A stretch of 51,003 nucleotides of DNA from a virus (taxonomy: Duplodnaviria; Caudoviricetes): positions 1 through 51,003 of the IMG/VR virus record IMGVR_UViG_3300027691_000041. One strand, given 5' to 3'. The notes beneath the pieces were generated by a model. That model saw nothing but the letters and a program-made list of their open reading frames with translations. It made no database searches and was not told the origin of the DNA. Made by a program: the position numbers and the translations under genes. Each line of letters opens with the position of its first letter. Positions within the stretch are counted from its first letter, which is position 1. Below, in pieces: positions 28,049 through 37,124 of this stretch.

Positions 28049-29593
28049 CTATGGTTTCAACAGGTAACGCGGCGTGTCTATGTCATCGACCGCGCCCAGG
28101 TTCGGTTTCTCGAAGAACCTGTTTCCGTAGTAATCCTTTCCTTCTATCCTGAATGCTGATTTCTTGCACGCGACGGCACGCGGCCTGTAATTGCTGTCAA
28201 TGTCCGGGTTTGTGGAAATGTCGTTCGCACCCGCGACAACCCCGTTTGCGTAGGCCGTGGTCGATCCATAAACGCAGTTGTAGTCGTTCACTATCGACGG
28301 GAACGCATAAGACGCAAATCCGGTGGTACAGTTGAGCAGGATATTATTCTTAGCCATGAGACTGCCGGTAGTGGCCGAACCCCCCGCCTTTTGTATGCCA
28401 ACTGTGCAATTGATGAATGTATTGTTGTAGAACGCATTACCGGTTTCTATTGGTGCGCCGTAGATGGCTCCGCACGCCACGTTTTCGACAATATTCCCGT
28501 AGTAGGTAGCGTTGGTGCAGTCCCAAAACGACAATCCCGCCCCGCTGCCTATATTGCCGGTTGTAATCAGGTCGGTAATGTAGTTTCCGTACGCAATCCC
28601 GCCCCGCGTGCCGTTGTCGAAGAATATTCCATTGCCGTCAATTGGTAACCCGTTCTGATAGAGCGACGTGGGCGTTCCAGCACGAATGCCGGACACGTAG
28701 TTAAAGCAGATTATTGGATTGTAATTTCTGAGGGTTTGTATCCCAGCGCCAGTCGCGTAGCAGTTGGTCACTCTATTCCCACAAATTAACGGTGCAATTG
28801 CGCCTGTCACATGCAGGCCCCCGTGACTTCCATTGTCACCCGCGATCACGCCGGAATCGCGTGCGATGTTGCCAGTAATCTCCAAGCCAGAAGAGTAAAT
28901 AGTTGGAATATCGGGCGCTGCCAGCATCGTTCCACTAAAAAGGATGGTCGATGATTTGGTGTTATAGACCTCGTTATTCCTGATCTTTACATTGTTGATG
29001 TACGACGTGTTACCAGTGACTCTTACATCGATCCCGAATCCGTTGCTGTCATGAACCAGGTTATTAGTAATCGTGACTCCGCTCGATGTAGAGCCTTCCG
29101 TTGTAAGCATGTATCTGATGCCAGTATCAGTGCATCCGCTCACGTGACAACCTATAACCTCATAGAGCGTAATGGCTCCGAGTGCGGCATAGATACCCCC
29201 AACGCCTCCTGTCACCGTGCATCCAAGCACGCGCACACCGTCGGCGGTAATGGAGATAGCATGACTTCCGACTACTGTCGTTATGAGAGTAAGGTTTAAG
29301 AGCGTCGACCAGGCTACCGGCACATCAAGGTGCCCCCACGAACTGATTGTGAACTGACCGGGATCGCCAGCGTAATCACCCCTGATTGTTACCGGCAATG
29401 CGGAGGTTCCACCGTGTGCGCCTATCGTCGTTAGATTCCGCGCATGATTCCCGCACAGATAAAGCGTATCACCGGCCACCACACCGGCCCCGCCCCATAC
29501 AATGGCTGTCCACCCCTGCCAGGCATTAGCGTAACTCGTCCCCGTGTTCGTGCCGCCGTGCGTAGCATCCTCTCTTACGTACCAAGTAGTCAT
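28049..29593 (-). CDS. Right-handed parallel beta-helix protein (tailspike/depolymerase-like)
   Basis: TWYV...G...GTS.ANAW, AGDT.YL.G, repeated I.NN.V / YNNTF.N units, C-terminal PNLGA. Confidence 0.75.
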   Translation of the reverse strand: MTTWYVREDATHGGTNTGTSYANAWQGWTAIVWGGAGVVAGDTLYLCGNHARNLTTIGAHGGTSALPVTIRGDYAGDPGQFTISSWGHLDVPVAWSTLLNLTLITTVVGSHAISITADGVRVLGCTVTGGVGGIYAALGAITLYEVIGCHVSGCTDTGIRYMLTTEGSTSSGVTITNNLVHDSNGFGIDVRVTGNTSYINNVKIRNNEVYNTKSSTILFSGTMLAAPDIPTIYSSGLEITGNIARDSGVIAGDNGSHGGLHVTGAIAPLICGNRVTNCYATGAGIQTLRNYNPIICFNYVSGIRAGTPTSLYQNGLPIDGNGIFFDNGTRGGIAYGNYITDLITTGNIGSGAGLSFWDCTNATYYGNIVENVACGAIYGAPIETGNAFYNNTFINCTVGIQKAGGSATTGSLMAKNNILLNCTTGFASYAFPSIVNDYNCVYGSTTAYANGVVAGANDISTNPDIDSNYRPRAVACKKSAFRIEGKDYYGNRFFEKPNLGAVDDIDTPRYLLKP

Positions 29594-29596
29594 TGC

Positions 29597-30511
29597 CTAC
29601 CCCACATAATGCAACACACGGCAGTATTCCAGCTTGAGCGTATCGGCAACGTTCACACGCCTGCCGATTATCTGGACCAAAACATCCTTGGAAAAATCAA
29701 TCGCATAAGTAACCGGCGCACCGGTTCCCGCCGTGACATACCCGCTTTCGTATGGCTGAATCTGAGAGGTAAGCGAATTTCGATTAGCCAGTATGATTAA
29801 GGGAGATTCCTTCGTAGATGTAGTCCTAACCGCGTTGTAAATGGTTATGCCGCCAATGATGACTTTACAGGTCTTGTTGTTCGCGCTGCTGGTGTAAGTC
29901 CAGAGAGGTTCTATCTGCAAGATACTTTTCGCGCCCATTGTTCCTGCGGTAATCGTGAAAAGTTCGAGATATTCATCTATGAACGTGTGTATGCACGTCG
30001 AAGATCCCGCAAAGTTCAGAAGCGACTCCACCGGCTTTCCAATGGCGGCATGTACCAGGGCAGTGCTGTCCAGGATCAACGCCGTGGCTTTATCCGCCGC
30101 GTTAGCGTTGTATGCCGTCGTCGCAGTGGTTGCGGTAGTCGCTGTTACAGCCGTCGTCGCGTTCGTCGCCGTGTCAGCCGTGGTCGCATGGCCTGCGGTA
30201 TCGGCGGCTCCTGCGGTATCGGCATGTTGCGCAGTGGTTGCCGTAGTCGCTGAATTCGCCGTCTCCGCGGTATCGGCGGTGGTTGCATGATCCGCTGTCG
30301 TCGCGGTGTCAGCAGATAATGCCGAGGTAGCCAAGTCCGCTGTGTCTGCGTGCTGCGCATTGATCGCATTTTCCGCCGTTCCGGTAACCTCATAAATTAC
30401 CGCATCGCCATTCTGAATCAAGTCGGCTTCGATTCGTGGGTCGAAGTCCGCAATCATCCCCGCCGTGAATGCCTGTCCGCCTATATAGGCATTGTCGATG
30501 AATTTAATCAT
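29597..30511 (-). CDS. Virion appendage protein with A-x-T-A repeat stalk
   Basis: About 95 aa of ADTA/ATTA/ADHA repeats between globular N- and C-terminal domains. Confidence 0.55.
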   Translation of the reverse strand: MIKFIDNAYIGGQAFTAGMIADFDPRIEADLIQNGDAVIYEVTGTAENAINAQHADTADLATSALSADTATTADHATTADTAETANSATTATTAQHADTAGAADTAGHATTADTATNATTAVTATTATTATTAYNANAADKATALILDSTALVHAAIGKPVESLLNFAGSSTCIHTFIDEYLELFTITAGTMGAKSILQIEPLWTYTSSANNKTCKVIIGGITIYNAVRTTSTKESPLIILANRNSLTSQIQPYESGYVTAGTGAPVTYAIDFSKDVLVQIIGRRVNVADTLKLEYCRVLHYVG

Positions 30512-32733
30512 TTAGCGGCCTGCTTCTGGGGAACGGGTTTGTTTGCGGCAATGTGCCCTAGCACAAGCTGCTCGGCTTTCACGTTGGCGTCAACCTGTAG
30601 CTTTTGCCGTTCAATGTCAACTCTCTGCGCTTCAAGCTGCAATTCTCCCGACTTGTTGACCAGTTGTAGCTTTAGGGTACCGATCTGTTCTTGCAGCTTC
30701 TGCATTTGCTGCAACGAGCGCAGTTCCTGCTCCATCGCTTGGAGTTTGACCATTGCGTACTGCTGTTCGTCGCCGCCTTCTTCTTTGGGCGCGGACTCTG
30801 CGGCCAGACGCTGCGCCTCGGCGCGAGTCTTCATAACCTGGGCTTCTTTCAGTTGCAGTTCGAGCGCGACAAGCTGCATTTGTATCTGCTCCGCTTGTGC
30901 CGCTTTCTGGGCTTCTGCCTGCTCCTGTTCCGGCGTCATGGGACCAGGCACGCCCCCGACCTTGCGCAACTGATCCGCAACCTCATGTCGGTTCGGTACG
31001 TCGGACAGCTCGAGCATGATGGGATACAAAACAGCCTGATAAGCAGGCGGTGCGGACTGCACAATCAGCGAGAAGGACTGCAATTGCTGTGCGCGGTATG
31101 TCGGCGTTGCCGGGATGTCTTCCAGCACTACTTTAACCTGAGCCATCGCAACATCGTTTTGAACGACAGGACCGTCAGGCGTGATTACTTCCCGGTTGAA
31201 GTAGATAAGTTTTTGCTTTGCCCCTTGCCTGACGGCAATTTGCGTAGGCTTGCCTATCATATCCGCGACAGCAAACGCCAGTAATTGTTGGCCGCACAAC
31301 CGCCGTGCGTAGCGAAAATTATCATTCGGCTCGGCCAGCACGGTCGAACCCTGCTCTACCAGATTATTAATCGCCACACCGCTTTTTGCGGATTCGCCGG
31401 AATCCCCCAGCATGGCGCGATACACGCCCCCTACCTCTTCAATTCTGCGCTTCCGCTCCTGCACCAATTGGAATACCTGTGCCGCAAGCGCGTGTTCCCG
31501 CGTTACCTTGAACCCGTCCACGTTCCGCCGCTGCGCGTTAAGAACCGTGATCGATCTTAGGCTATTGATGTTTTCAGCCATTTCCTGGTACGTATTCTGA
31601 TTCAGGTCCAGGGCGTCGTTATCGACTTCCACCTTGACCGAATTCATGATTTCATAGAGCAGGATATCCAGGTCGATAATTTGATCTTGCGGCCCCCGCA
31701 TATCGCGTATCAATCCGTACGGGGACCGGCTGCGGTCTTTCCGAAAACACCAGAACGGAATATAAGGGAAGTTCTGATGCGGCAATGGTGTAGGCACATC
31801 CATTAGCTTGTGAGGACCAAGCCAGATTGACACACGCACGCGCGGTGTCAGCGCCTTTTGAACTTGTACAAGCCCTTGTGCGACGGCTTGCTGATGATAC
31901 GGATTATCTTCGCGGTACTCGATCCCCCGGCCATCGGGCAGATACATAATGTGAGCGTGTTCGTGGTATCTGTACCAGAGCTCCGACAGCTTCACCATTC
32001 CTGCCGCATGGTTCAGGTACGTGTCTTGTGTATGACTCCATGCCTGTTCATTCTCGTATGCTCTTGCCAGCCCGGTATTGTCTCCGTCGTACACATCGAC
32101 TGTGTTCCAGCCGTTCCAGGAATTTTCGATTACAGTCTTATGCTCCCGAAAAATGCTCACGGCCTGTTCCCGGTCTATCCACTTATCCCGGCGCAGGTAG
32201 CGCGCATCGGATAGGTCCGGTTCTTTCGCGCTCCAATCCCAGAATATTTCGTTACGGTGGATCTCCCGCACGCGGTAAGGAAACTTCCCCGGTTCCGTTT
32301 CGCGCGAGACTTCCACCCAGCCCACGCCCGTTCGAATCATGCTCGAATAGGCGTCACTCATGGCCCGATCTGCGCGTGATTCCGTCTCTATTTCCTTCAG
32401 TTTTGCGCTCAAGCCCTCGGCAATGTCGTTCTGCGCCTCATCATCGCTAGTCACCTTGTAATCGGTGCGCGAACGGGCCTCAAGCCCCAATACCGCATTG
32501 ATGGTCGGCTTGATAAGGTTCGAGTCCTGTTCGGGGATTCCGGCTTTTTTCAACCGATCTATAACGGCCACATCCATCTGTGCGCCGTCGTAGTAATCCG
32601 CATCCCGATCCGAGTCTAAGCGCCACTTTGGTTGATTGCGGATATCCCGGCAGATTTTGTCGTACGCCTCGATGGTGATGTCTTTGGTTATCGGGAATAC
32701 CTTATTATTCATGCGCTCCATCAGGCACGCCAC
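30508..32733 (-). CDS. Portal protein (P22-like)
   Basis: D.DYYDG.Q, NLIKPTINAVLGLE, D.SDARY..R.KW, PYG.IR.M...QD, SGVAI motifs; Q-rich C-terminal barrel. Confidence 0.92.
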   Translation of the reverse strand: MACLMERMNNKVFPITKDITIEAYDKICRDIRNQPKWRLDSDRDADYYDGAQMDVAVIDRLKKAGIPEQDSNLIKPTINAVLGLEARSRTDYKVTSDDEAQNDIAEGLSAKLKEIETESRADRAMSDAYSSMIRTGVGWVEVSRETEPGKFPYRVREIHRNEIFWDWSAKEPDLSDARYLRRDKWIDREQAVSIFREHKTVIENSWNGWNTVDVYDGDNTGLARAYENEQAWSHTQDTYLNHAAGMVKLSELWYRYHEHAHIMYLPDGRGIEYREDNPYHQQAVAQGLVQVQKALTPRVRVSIWLGPHKLMDVPTPLPHQNFPYIPFWCFRKDRSRSPYGLIRDMRGPQDQIIDLDILLYEIMNSVKVEVDNDALDLNQNTYQEMAENINSLRSITVLNAQRRNVDGFKVTREHALAAQVFQLVQERKRRIEEVGGVYRAMLGDSGESAKSGVAINNLVEQGSTVLAEPNDNFRYARRLCGQQLLAFAVADMIGKPTQIAVRQGAKQKLIYFNREVITPDGPVVQNDVAMAQVKVVLEDIPATPTYRAQQLQSFSLIVQSAPPAYQAVLYPIMLELSDVPNRHEVADQLRKVGGVPGPMTPEQEQAEAQKAAQAEQIQMQLVALELQLKEAQVMKTRAEAQRLAAESAPKEEGGDEQQYAMVKLQAMEQELRSLQQMQKLQEQIGTLKLQLVNKSGELQLEAQRVDIERQKLQVDANVKAEQLVLGHIAANKPVPQKQAAK

Positions 32734-33971
32734 CCGACCATACGCACGCCCCGAGCGCTAACGCTGGGCGCATCGTCTCCTATCGAGAGGGCAAAATACC
32801 GGAAAGCATCAGCACCGTGGCTTGCCCAATCATGGAGCGGCCTGCCCGATAGCTGCTTACTCTCCGGGTCCACTTCGTAACGGTAGTGCCTCAAAGCCTG
32901 TAGCCCCTCTGCGCATTTTTCTTCATCGAAGTAACACCGGCTGAATATGGTTCGCGCTGCGTTGATACCGTCAAAGATGGATAGGTTCGAAGTAATCTGC
33001 ACCTTTCGGCCCATTGCCAACATGATTTCCTCGACTGATCGGCCAGTCGCAAGACTCTTAGCTTTTGCATCGTGCGGAAGCCAGTCAGTGCCATAGATGT
33101 ATCCTTTGCTTTGCAATGTCTGAATGTAGTGCTGTAACGGCTGTTGGCTGTTGCTGTAATAGTCTATGAGGCGCAATTCCATACCTACCGATTGAGCAAA
33201 CCAAATGCTGGTATTGTCGGCCCACCCGAGATCCCAAAACGTGTGAACCTGTTTCAGAGCGTCATACGGCACGGTTCGAATGCGTCCCTCGTCCTCGGCT
33301 TGCCGGATTTCTTTCGCGTATATCGCCCCGGCGAGCGTGGACAGGCAATGCCCTTCCCAGATGTTGCGGTATGCGTCAGGGTCGCGTGCCAGGTCATCGA
33401 GCCGTTCCTGATTCAGTACAGCGTTAAACCACGGGTTGTCCGTCCAGTTGACTTTTGCGACTACAGCATCCGTTGGCGGGTGTGCAACGAAGCGCTGATA
33501 TGTTTCATCCGTCGCCAGCTCCGGGTTAAACGTAATCCAGATTTCTGAGCCATCCTTCCGAATGGTGGGTATCAAGTCCTTCCATGATCCCCGGCTGACT
33601 GTCTGGGCCTCTTCGATCCATGCCCGGTCTATGCCCTCAAATGATTTAATGCTGCTTGTATTGTTCCTGAGTCCGGCGAAAACGATTTCCGTCCCGTTTG
33701 CGCCGGTTATCACAGTGTTCTGCACGCGGTAAAAGTCTTCCAGGCCAAGCGCCTTTATTTGAGAACTCAATAAATGATGTACCGATTCATTAATCGATTT
33801 CTGGAATTCCCGAGCGCACAAAATACGAAGGGGGCTTGCGGCCCCCTGTATCAGTAATGCTCTTGCGACTCCCCAGCTTTTAGCTCCACCCCGTCCGCCG
33901 TATAGCACCTTGTAGCGGTGCGGCTCAAACAGGAATTGCAGCTTCTCGGGAAATTCGGCGTTTGTATCCAT
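32721..33971 (-). CDS. terL: Terminase large subunit (PBSX family)
   Basis: YGGRGGAKS Walker A, WIEEA Walker B, FNP, WDLG, H.ADAFRY. Confidence 0.95.
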   Translation of the reverse strand: MDTNAEFPEKLQFLFEPHRYKVLYGGRGGAKSWGVARALLIQGAASPLRILCAREFQKSINESVHHLLSSQIKALGLEDFYRVQNTVITGANGTEIVFAGLRNNTSSIKSFEGIDRAWIEEAQTVSRGSWKDLIPTIRKDGSEIWITFNPELATDETYQRFVAHPPTDAVVAKVNWTDNPWFNAVLNQERLDDLARDPDAYRNIWEGHCLSTLAGAIYAKEIRQAEDEGRIRTVPYDALKQVHTFWDLGWADNTSIWFAQSVGMELRLIDYYSNSQQPLQHYIQTLQSKGYIYGTDWLPHDAKAKSLATGRSVEEIMLAMGRKVQITSNLSIFDGINAARTIFSRCYFDEEKCAEGLQALRHYRYEVDPESKQLSGRPLHDWASHGADAFRYFALSIGDDAPSVSARGVRMVGWRA

Positions 33972-33989
33972 TCAATAGTTTTTTTGAGC

Positions 33990-34145
33990 ACAAAAACAAA
34001 TGCCCCACCACTGGAATGGTGAGGCATCTGGGGTAGGTATGGAACGGTCTCGAACACCATTCCTTCCAACTGGAGGACTAGGTGCTTACATACCTGAAGA
34101 CTACTAGTCGATTTGCACTATATGGGCAATATCAATAAACGTCAA
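33990..34145 (-). ncRNA. Candidate ~115-nt sRNA with its own promoter and terminator
   Basis: TTGACG(34145-34140)-N17-TATAGT(34122-34117); terminator-like stem ATGCCTCACCA...TGGTGGGGCAT followed by TTGTTTTT; contains GUCCUCC. Confidence 0.35.
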
Positions 34146-34156
34146 CCACTCGTCAT

Positions 34157-34753
34157 CTAATGATTGTTTCGTACTGCATTGTTGATTTCCTCGTCCGTTC
34201 GCCGCAAGTATTGATAAAGAGTTTCCCGGCTGATCTTGAACTTACGAGCTGCCGCCGCTTTTGGCACACCATCGGTAATCATGCTTGTTAATTTCTCAAG
34301 CTGTTCCGCATCGAGCTTTGGCTTTCCGCCCCGGTACGCTCCTTTCGCTTTGGCAATGGCGATACCTTCCCGCTGACGCTCCCGAATGAGTGAACGCTCA
34401 AACTGCGCGAACGCGCCCAGCATGGTAAACATGAGCATGTTTCGCGGGTCCGCGCCTTCATTATCAAACGTCATATTCTCTTTTACGAATTTGACTGAGA
34501 CGCCTTTTCCGGTCAACTCCCGAACGATCCTCAACATATCTTCGACGTTCCGGGCCAGCCGATCCATCGAATGTACTATGAGCTGATCCCCTTCGCGTAC
34601 GTACGTTATCGCGGCCTGTAGTTGTGGCCGGTTCATATCCTTGCCACTCGCCTTGTCCGTGAATACTTTGTCCAGGCTGATCCCGTCTAACTGCCGTTCC
34701 GCGTTCTGGTCTATCGTGCTGACCCGAACGTAGCCTATCGTTTGATGTTTCAT
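34157..34753 (-). CDS. Serine resolvase (recombinase family, C-terminal HTH)
   Basis: IGYVRVST.DQN..RQ, DRLAR, AQFER.LI.ERQ.EG, SRETLYQYL; start ATG 34753 with AGGAG RBS. Confidence 0.95.
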   Translation of the reverse strand: MKHQTIGYVRVSTIDQNAERQLDGISLDKVFTDKASGKDMNRPQLQAAITYVREGDQLIVHSMDRLARNVEDMLRIVRELTGKGVSVKFVKENMTFDNEGADPRNMLMFTMLGAFAQFERSLIRERQREGIAIAKAKGAYRGGKPKLDAEQLEKLTSMITDGVPKAAAARKFKISRETLYQYLRRTDEEINNAVRNNH

Positions 34754-34774
34754 GATGTCGCTCTCCTGTTTTAG

Positions 34775-34895
34775 TGTCAGGACGAACTCTATCACGTATT
34801 CGCAAATATGTCATGTTGAAATCTAAATCTAATGCTGTTCTGACAGAATCACGGTATTTTCCCGGTGTCATGACAGGGTGTACCCCAACCTGACA
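34775..34895. promoter_or_regulatory. res site (three subsites)
   Basis: TGTCA...TGACA inverted pairs at 34866-34895 (core GGGTGTACCC) and 34809-34845, plus TGTCAG at 34775, directly upstream of the resolvase. Confidence 0.7.
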
Positions 34896-34901
34896 ATGGG
34901 C

Positions 34902-35096
34902 TTATATCTTGTGCTTCAAGAAATCGTCATACCATCTGACCAGCTTGTCGTCAGGCATCTTGCGTTGTGCCCCGGATAGCTTGCTGCGCTTCTGCAACTC
35001 ACGACTACAAACCGAATGATTGCTTCCCTTGCCTCTGTGCTTGCCGCAAATCTGGCAATTGTAACTAGTATCCAAATATCTAATCACGGCACCCAT
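34902..35096 (-). CDS. Small Zn-binding hypothetical protein
   Basis: CQICGK.R...NH..CS motif. Confidence 0.55.
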   Translation of the reverse strand: MGAVIRYLDTSYNCQICGKHRGKGSNHSVCSRELQKRSKLSGAQRKMPDDKLVRWYDDFLKHKI

Positions 35097-35167
35097 GCTA
35101 AGGTATCGACTACATTAAAATAATCGCTTAAAACGCCTCTACGTTGCACAATAGTTGTGCAATTCCG

Positions 35168-35665
35168 CTATTTCGGGGTATTTGACGCAATAAATGACAC
35201 GCTGATATTTTTTAGGATTGGCTTGTCAGGATCGCCGCCCTGATGTTCGTTTACTATCTTGTCGCCATACTTCTTTGGTGCGAGTTTTGATGCGTACCAT
35301 TTGCGAGCGTCAACCCGTAGCTTTGAGCGAGTGATGTACTCATGATTAACAACCTCACGCCCTTCATCATCAAAACGAGTATCAAATTCACTATCGTCCG
35401 CAATCTCGATGGTTTGCTCAGCGTAAACGTCAGCTCGCATTATCATTGCGAATTCATAGCGCCTTAGAATCGTTTCATCTTCGGCCACCCATTCGTAAAA
35501 GGATTTACGCGCAGGCATTCCAGGCTCAGAGCAAATCTTGTTCAATGATTCGCCATTGGCAATGCGGTCGAAAATCTCATTCAGCAGCTTTTCGCTACGC
35601 ACAATTCGTGGTTTTAATTGCCTCGCGCGCGCGTGCGCGTTATTTGTTACCTTCTTGTCGCTCAT
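35168..35665 (-). CDS. terS: Terminase small subunit (Sf6 gp1-like)
   Basis: I...IA.GESL..IC...MP, EIADD, R.KL.VDARKW.ASKLAPKKYGD. Confidence 0.92.
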   Translation of the reverse strand: MSDKKVTNNAHARARQLKPRIVRSEKLLNEIFDRIANGESLNKICSEPGMPARKSFYEWVAEDETILRRYEFAMIMRADVYAEQTIEIADDSEFDTRFDDEGREVVNHEYITRSKLRVDARKWYASKLAPKKYGDKIVNEHQGGDPDKPILKNISVSFIASNTPK

Positions 35666-35862
35666 GACAAGTTAAGCGTCCCGTATTTAAGAAGCATTCG
35701 AAGTTTGCCAAAAGCATCCGCTTTTGCGTCATCTCCATTAGTCGAGCTTTGCGAAACCACTCGATAGCCATTATTCAATATCAGCACGTGAAAGAATTGA
35801 CCATCACTTTCAACCGTCTCCTGAGACTTGATAAGGGCCTCAAGGTTATCCACGTCTGTCAT
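35662..35862 (-). CDS. Short N4 Gp49/Sf6 gp66-like protein (possible Acb4-type sponge)
   Basis: VLILNNGYRVVSQS...A...AF.KL..L..Y resembles the Gp49 pattern with an internal deletion. Confidence 0.4.
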   Translation of the reverse strand: MTDVDNLEALIKSQETVESDGQFFHVLILNNGYRVVSQSSTNGDDAKADAFGKLRMLLKYGTLNLS

Positions 35863-36067
35863 TTTTTGCGAACTCCAAAACTTTCAACCGTTTGCAGTCC
35901 CATAATTTGAATTTGTCAGGATCATTCGTTGCGACCAAAATAAAGTCAGGCTTGAGTAATAAAATCCATTGCCCGAAAGGAGCCTTCAGGAGCTTCCCGA
36001 CTACTTGCCCTTCTGTGTCGTATTGCAGCCTTTCATAGCCGCCGTCAATTTGATCTGACATTTCCAT
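35846..36067 (-). CDS. Hypothetical protein (start uncertain)
   Basis: Fills the gap in the late operon; overlaps the o-spanin. Confidence 0.3.
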   Translation of the reverse strand: MEMSDQIDGGYERLQYDTEGQVVGKLLKAPFGQWILLLKPDFILVATNDPDKFKLWDCKRLKVLEFAKNDRRG

Positions 36068-36279
36068 CGTTCTTCAATCTCTGTTCGTAGCGCCCTGTTT
36101 ATCGTTATCGGATCATCAGCAGGGCTTACGCGGTCAACCGCGTAGGAGTCCTTGCACTCCGCAGGCATCTGAACTTTGCAGTAGATCGGGAATGGCTTCT
36201 CAATCACCTGCGTTTCTATTACAGGCTTTGCCGCACATCCACTGAGCAAACCCACCAAAACCAGGTAACCCCTACTCAC
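36001..36279 (-). CDS. o-spanin (Rz1-like lipoprotein)
   Basis: Lipobox LLSG-C, Cys/Pro-rich; 4-nt overlap with the i-spanin. Confidence 0.7.
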   Translation of the reverse strand: MSRGYLVLVGLLSGCAAKPVIETQVIEKPFPIYCKVQMPAECKDSYAVDRVSPADDPITINRALRTEIEERWKCQIKLTAAMKGCNTTQKGK

Positions 36280-36668
36280 GAACCCCGCCGCATTTGCACG
36301 TACTCTATCTGTTCCCGCTTTATCGCCTCACACTGCCCATCTGGGGAAACCGTGGGTAATGCTTTTATCTTCGTGATAGTCGCGGTGCGTTTCTTCACTT
36401 CCGGTTCGGCCTGGCGCATTGCTGCGAGCGCTTGCCGCTCCAAGTCCTCGGCAGCTTGAGTGAGCGCGGCCATTGCCGCGTGCACGTTTCGTACGTTCGT
36501 CTCGCATTGCCTGTTGACGGACGTCAGGACCGAATTGGTGCCTTCGAGCTTGGCTATCCTCTCACCGCTGCGCCAGTCGCTAACCATAAAGCCACCACCG
36601 AAACCCGCGATAGCGGTAACGCCTATCACGATAGCGGCAATTGCAGGGACAGGAAGCACGGGAAGCAT
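36276..36668 (-). CDS. i-spanin (Rz-like)
   Basis: N-terminal TM, G...W motif, coiled coil, C-terminal Cys. Confidence 0.7.
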   Translation of the reverse strand: MLPVLPVPAIAAIVIGVTAIAGFGGGFMVSDWRSGERIAKLEGTNSVLTSVNRQCETNVRNVHAAMAALTQAAEDLERQALAAMRQAEPEVKKRTATITKIKALPTVSPDGQCEAIKREQIEYVQMRRGS

Positions 36669-36916
36669 CAGAACGACTCCGGCCTAGCAACTGAGCGGAT
36701 CACGGCCATAAATCCTTTTTGAAGGTCGGTAGTGCCGATTGCAAGCCACCGGCCATCAATAGTAATTCCCGTTTGCCCGTTAGGAGGCGCGAGCGACTGT
36801 AACTTTTCGCAGAACTCCCCGACTTTAGCAGCGAGTTCCTTAGCCTCATTCATTAGCGCGATTTCTTGCTCCGATAAATCGCGGTAGCCTTTTATATGTT
36901 TGTGTTGGTTATCCAT
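36668..36916 (-). CDS. acb2: Anti-CBASS protein Acb2 (cyclic nucleotide sponge)
   Basis: MDNQHK.IKGYRDLS..EI..MN..KEL...GRWLAIG.TD.Q.G.MA.IR..A.P.SF closely follows Pseudomonas phage Acb2. Confidence 0.9.
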   Translation of the reverse strand: MDNQHKHIKGYRDLSEQEIALMNEAKELAAKVGEFCEKLQSLAPPNGQTGITIDGRWLAIGTTDLQKGFMAVIRSVARPESF

Positions 36917-36926
36917 TCGACGCCCA

Positions 36927-36952
36927 TAAAAAAACCCGCGTGTGCGGGTTTG
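36927..36952 (-). terminator. tR'-like terminator in the late leader
   Basis: AAACCCGC-ACAC-GCGGGTTTTTTT on the - strand. Confidence 0.8.
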
Positions 36953-36974
36953 GTTGTTTGGTCGGCATTTCTCG

Positions 36975-37017
36975 ACTATAGAAACTTTATCATAAAAGTG
37001 CTTCCCGTAAAAATCAA
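36975..37017 (-). promoter_or_regulatory. Late promoter pR'-like with -10-like pause element
   Basis: TTGATT(37017-37012)-N17-TATGAT(36994-36989); TATAGT (36980-36975) just downstream of the predicted TSS, then a terminator. This is the Q-antitermination layout. Confidence 0.7.
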
Positions 37018-37057
37018 GGGTTTATCGAAATAAATAAAAAATATTTTCCTCTACCTA

Positions 37058-37086
37058 TTGACACGAAGGGATACATTGTATACTAT
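37058..37086 (+). promoter_or_regulatory. Strong sigma70 promoter with GATACATTGTAT operator (copy 2)
   Basis: TTGACA-N17-TACTAT with an AT-rich UP element; ATACA-T-TGTAT palindrome in the spacer. Confidence 0.8.
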
Positions 37087-37124
37087 GGGAACCGTAGCAA
37101 GTGAATAACGAACCGGAGCAAAAA

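Noticed and set aside
30090-30380. Tandem DNA repeats or ice-nucleation domain
   Set aside because: Degenerate at DNA level; explained by coding A-x-T-A repeats without the ice-nucleation octapeptide consensus.
5285-33548. Numerous + strand ORFs across the late region
   Set aside because: They are antisense shadows of well-supported - strand structural genes.
34157-34753. Phage integrase or tail-fibre invertase
   Set aside because: Too short for a large serine integrase; no inverted fibre cassette seen; the adjacent res-like site fits a resolvase.
36959-36990. Sigma28 promoter (TAAAGTTT...GCCGACCA on -) for late genes
   Set aside because: Spacing is 15 nt rather than 11, and a well-spaced sigma70 pR'-type promoter explains the site.
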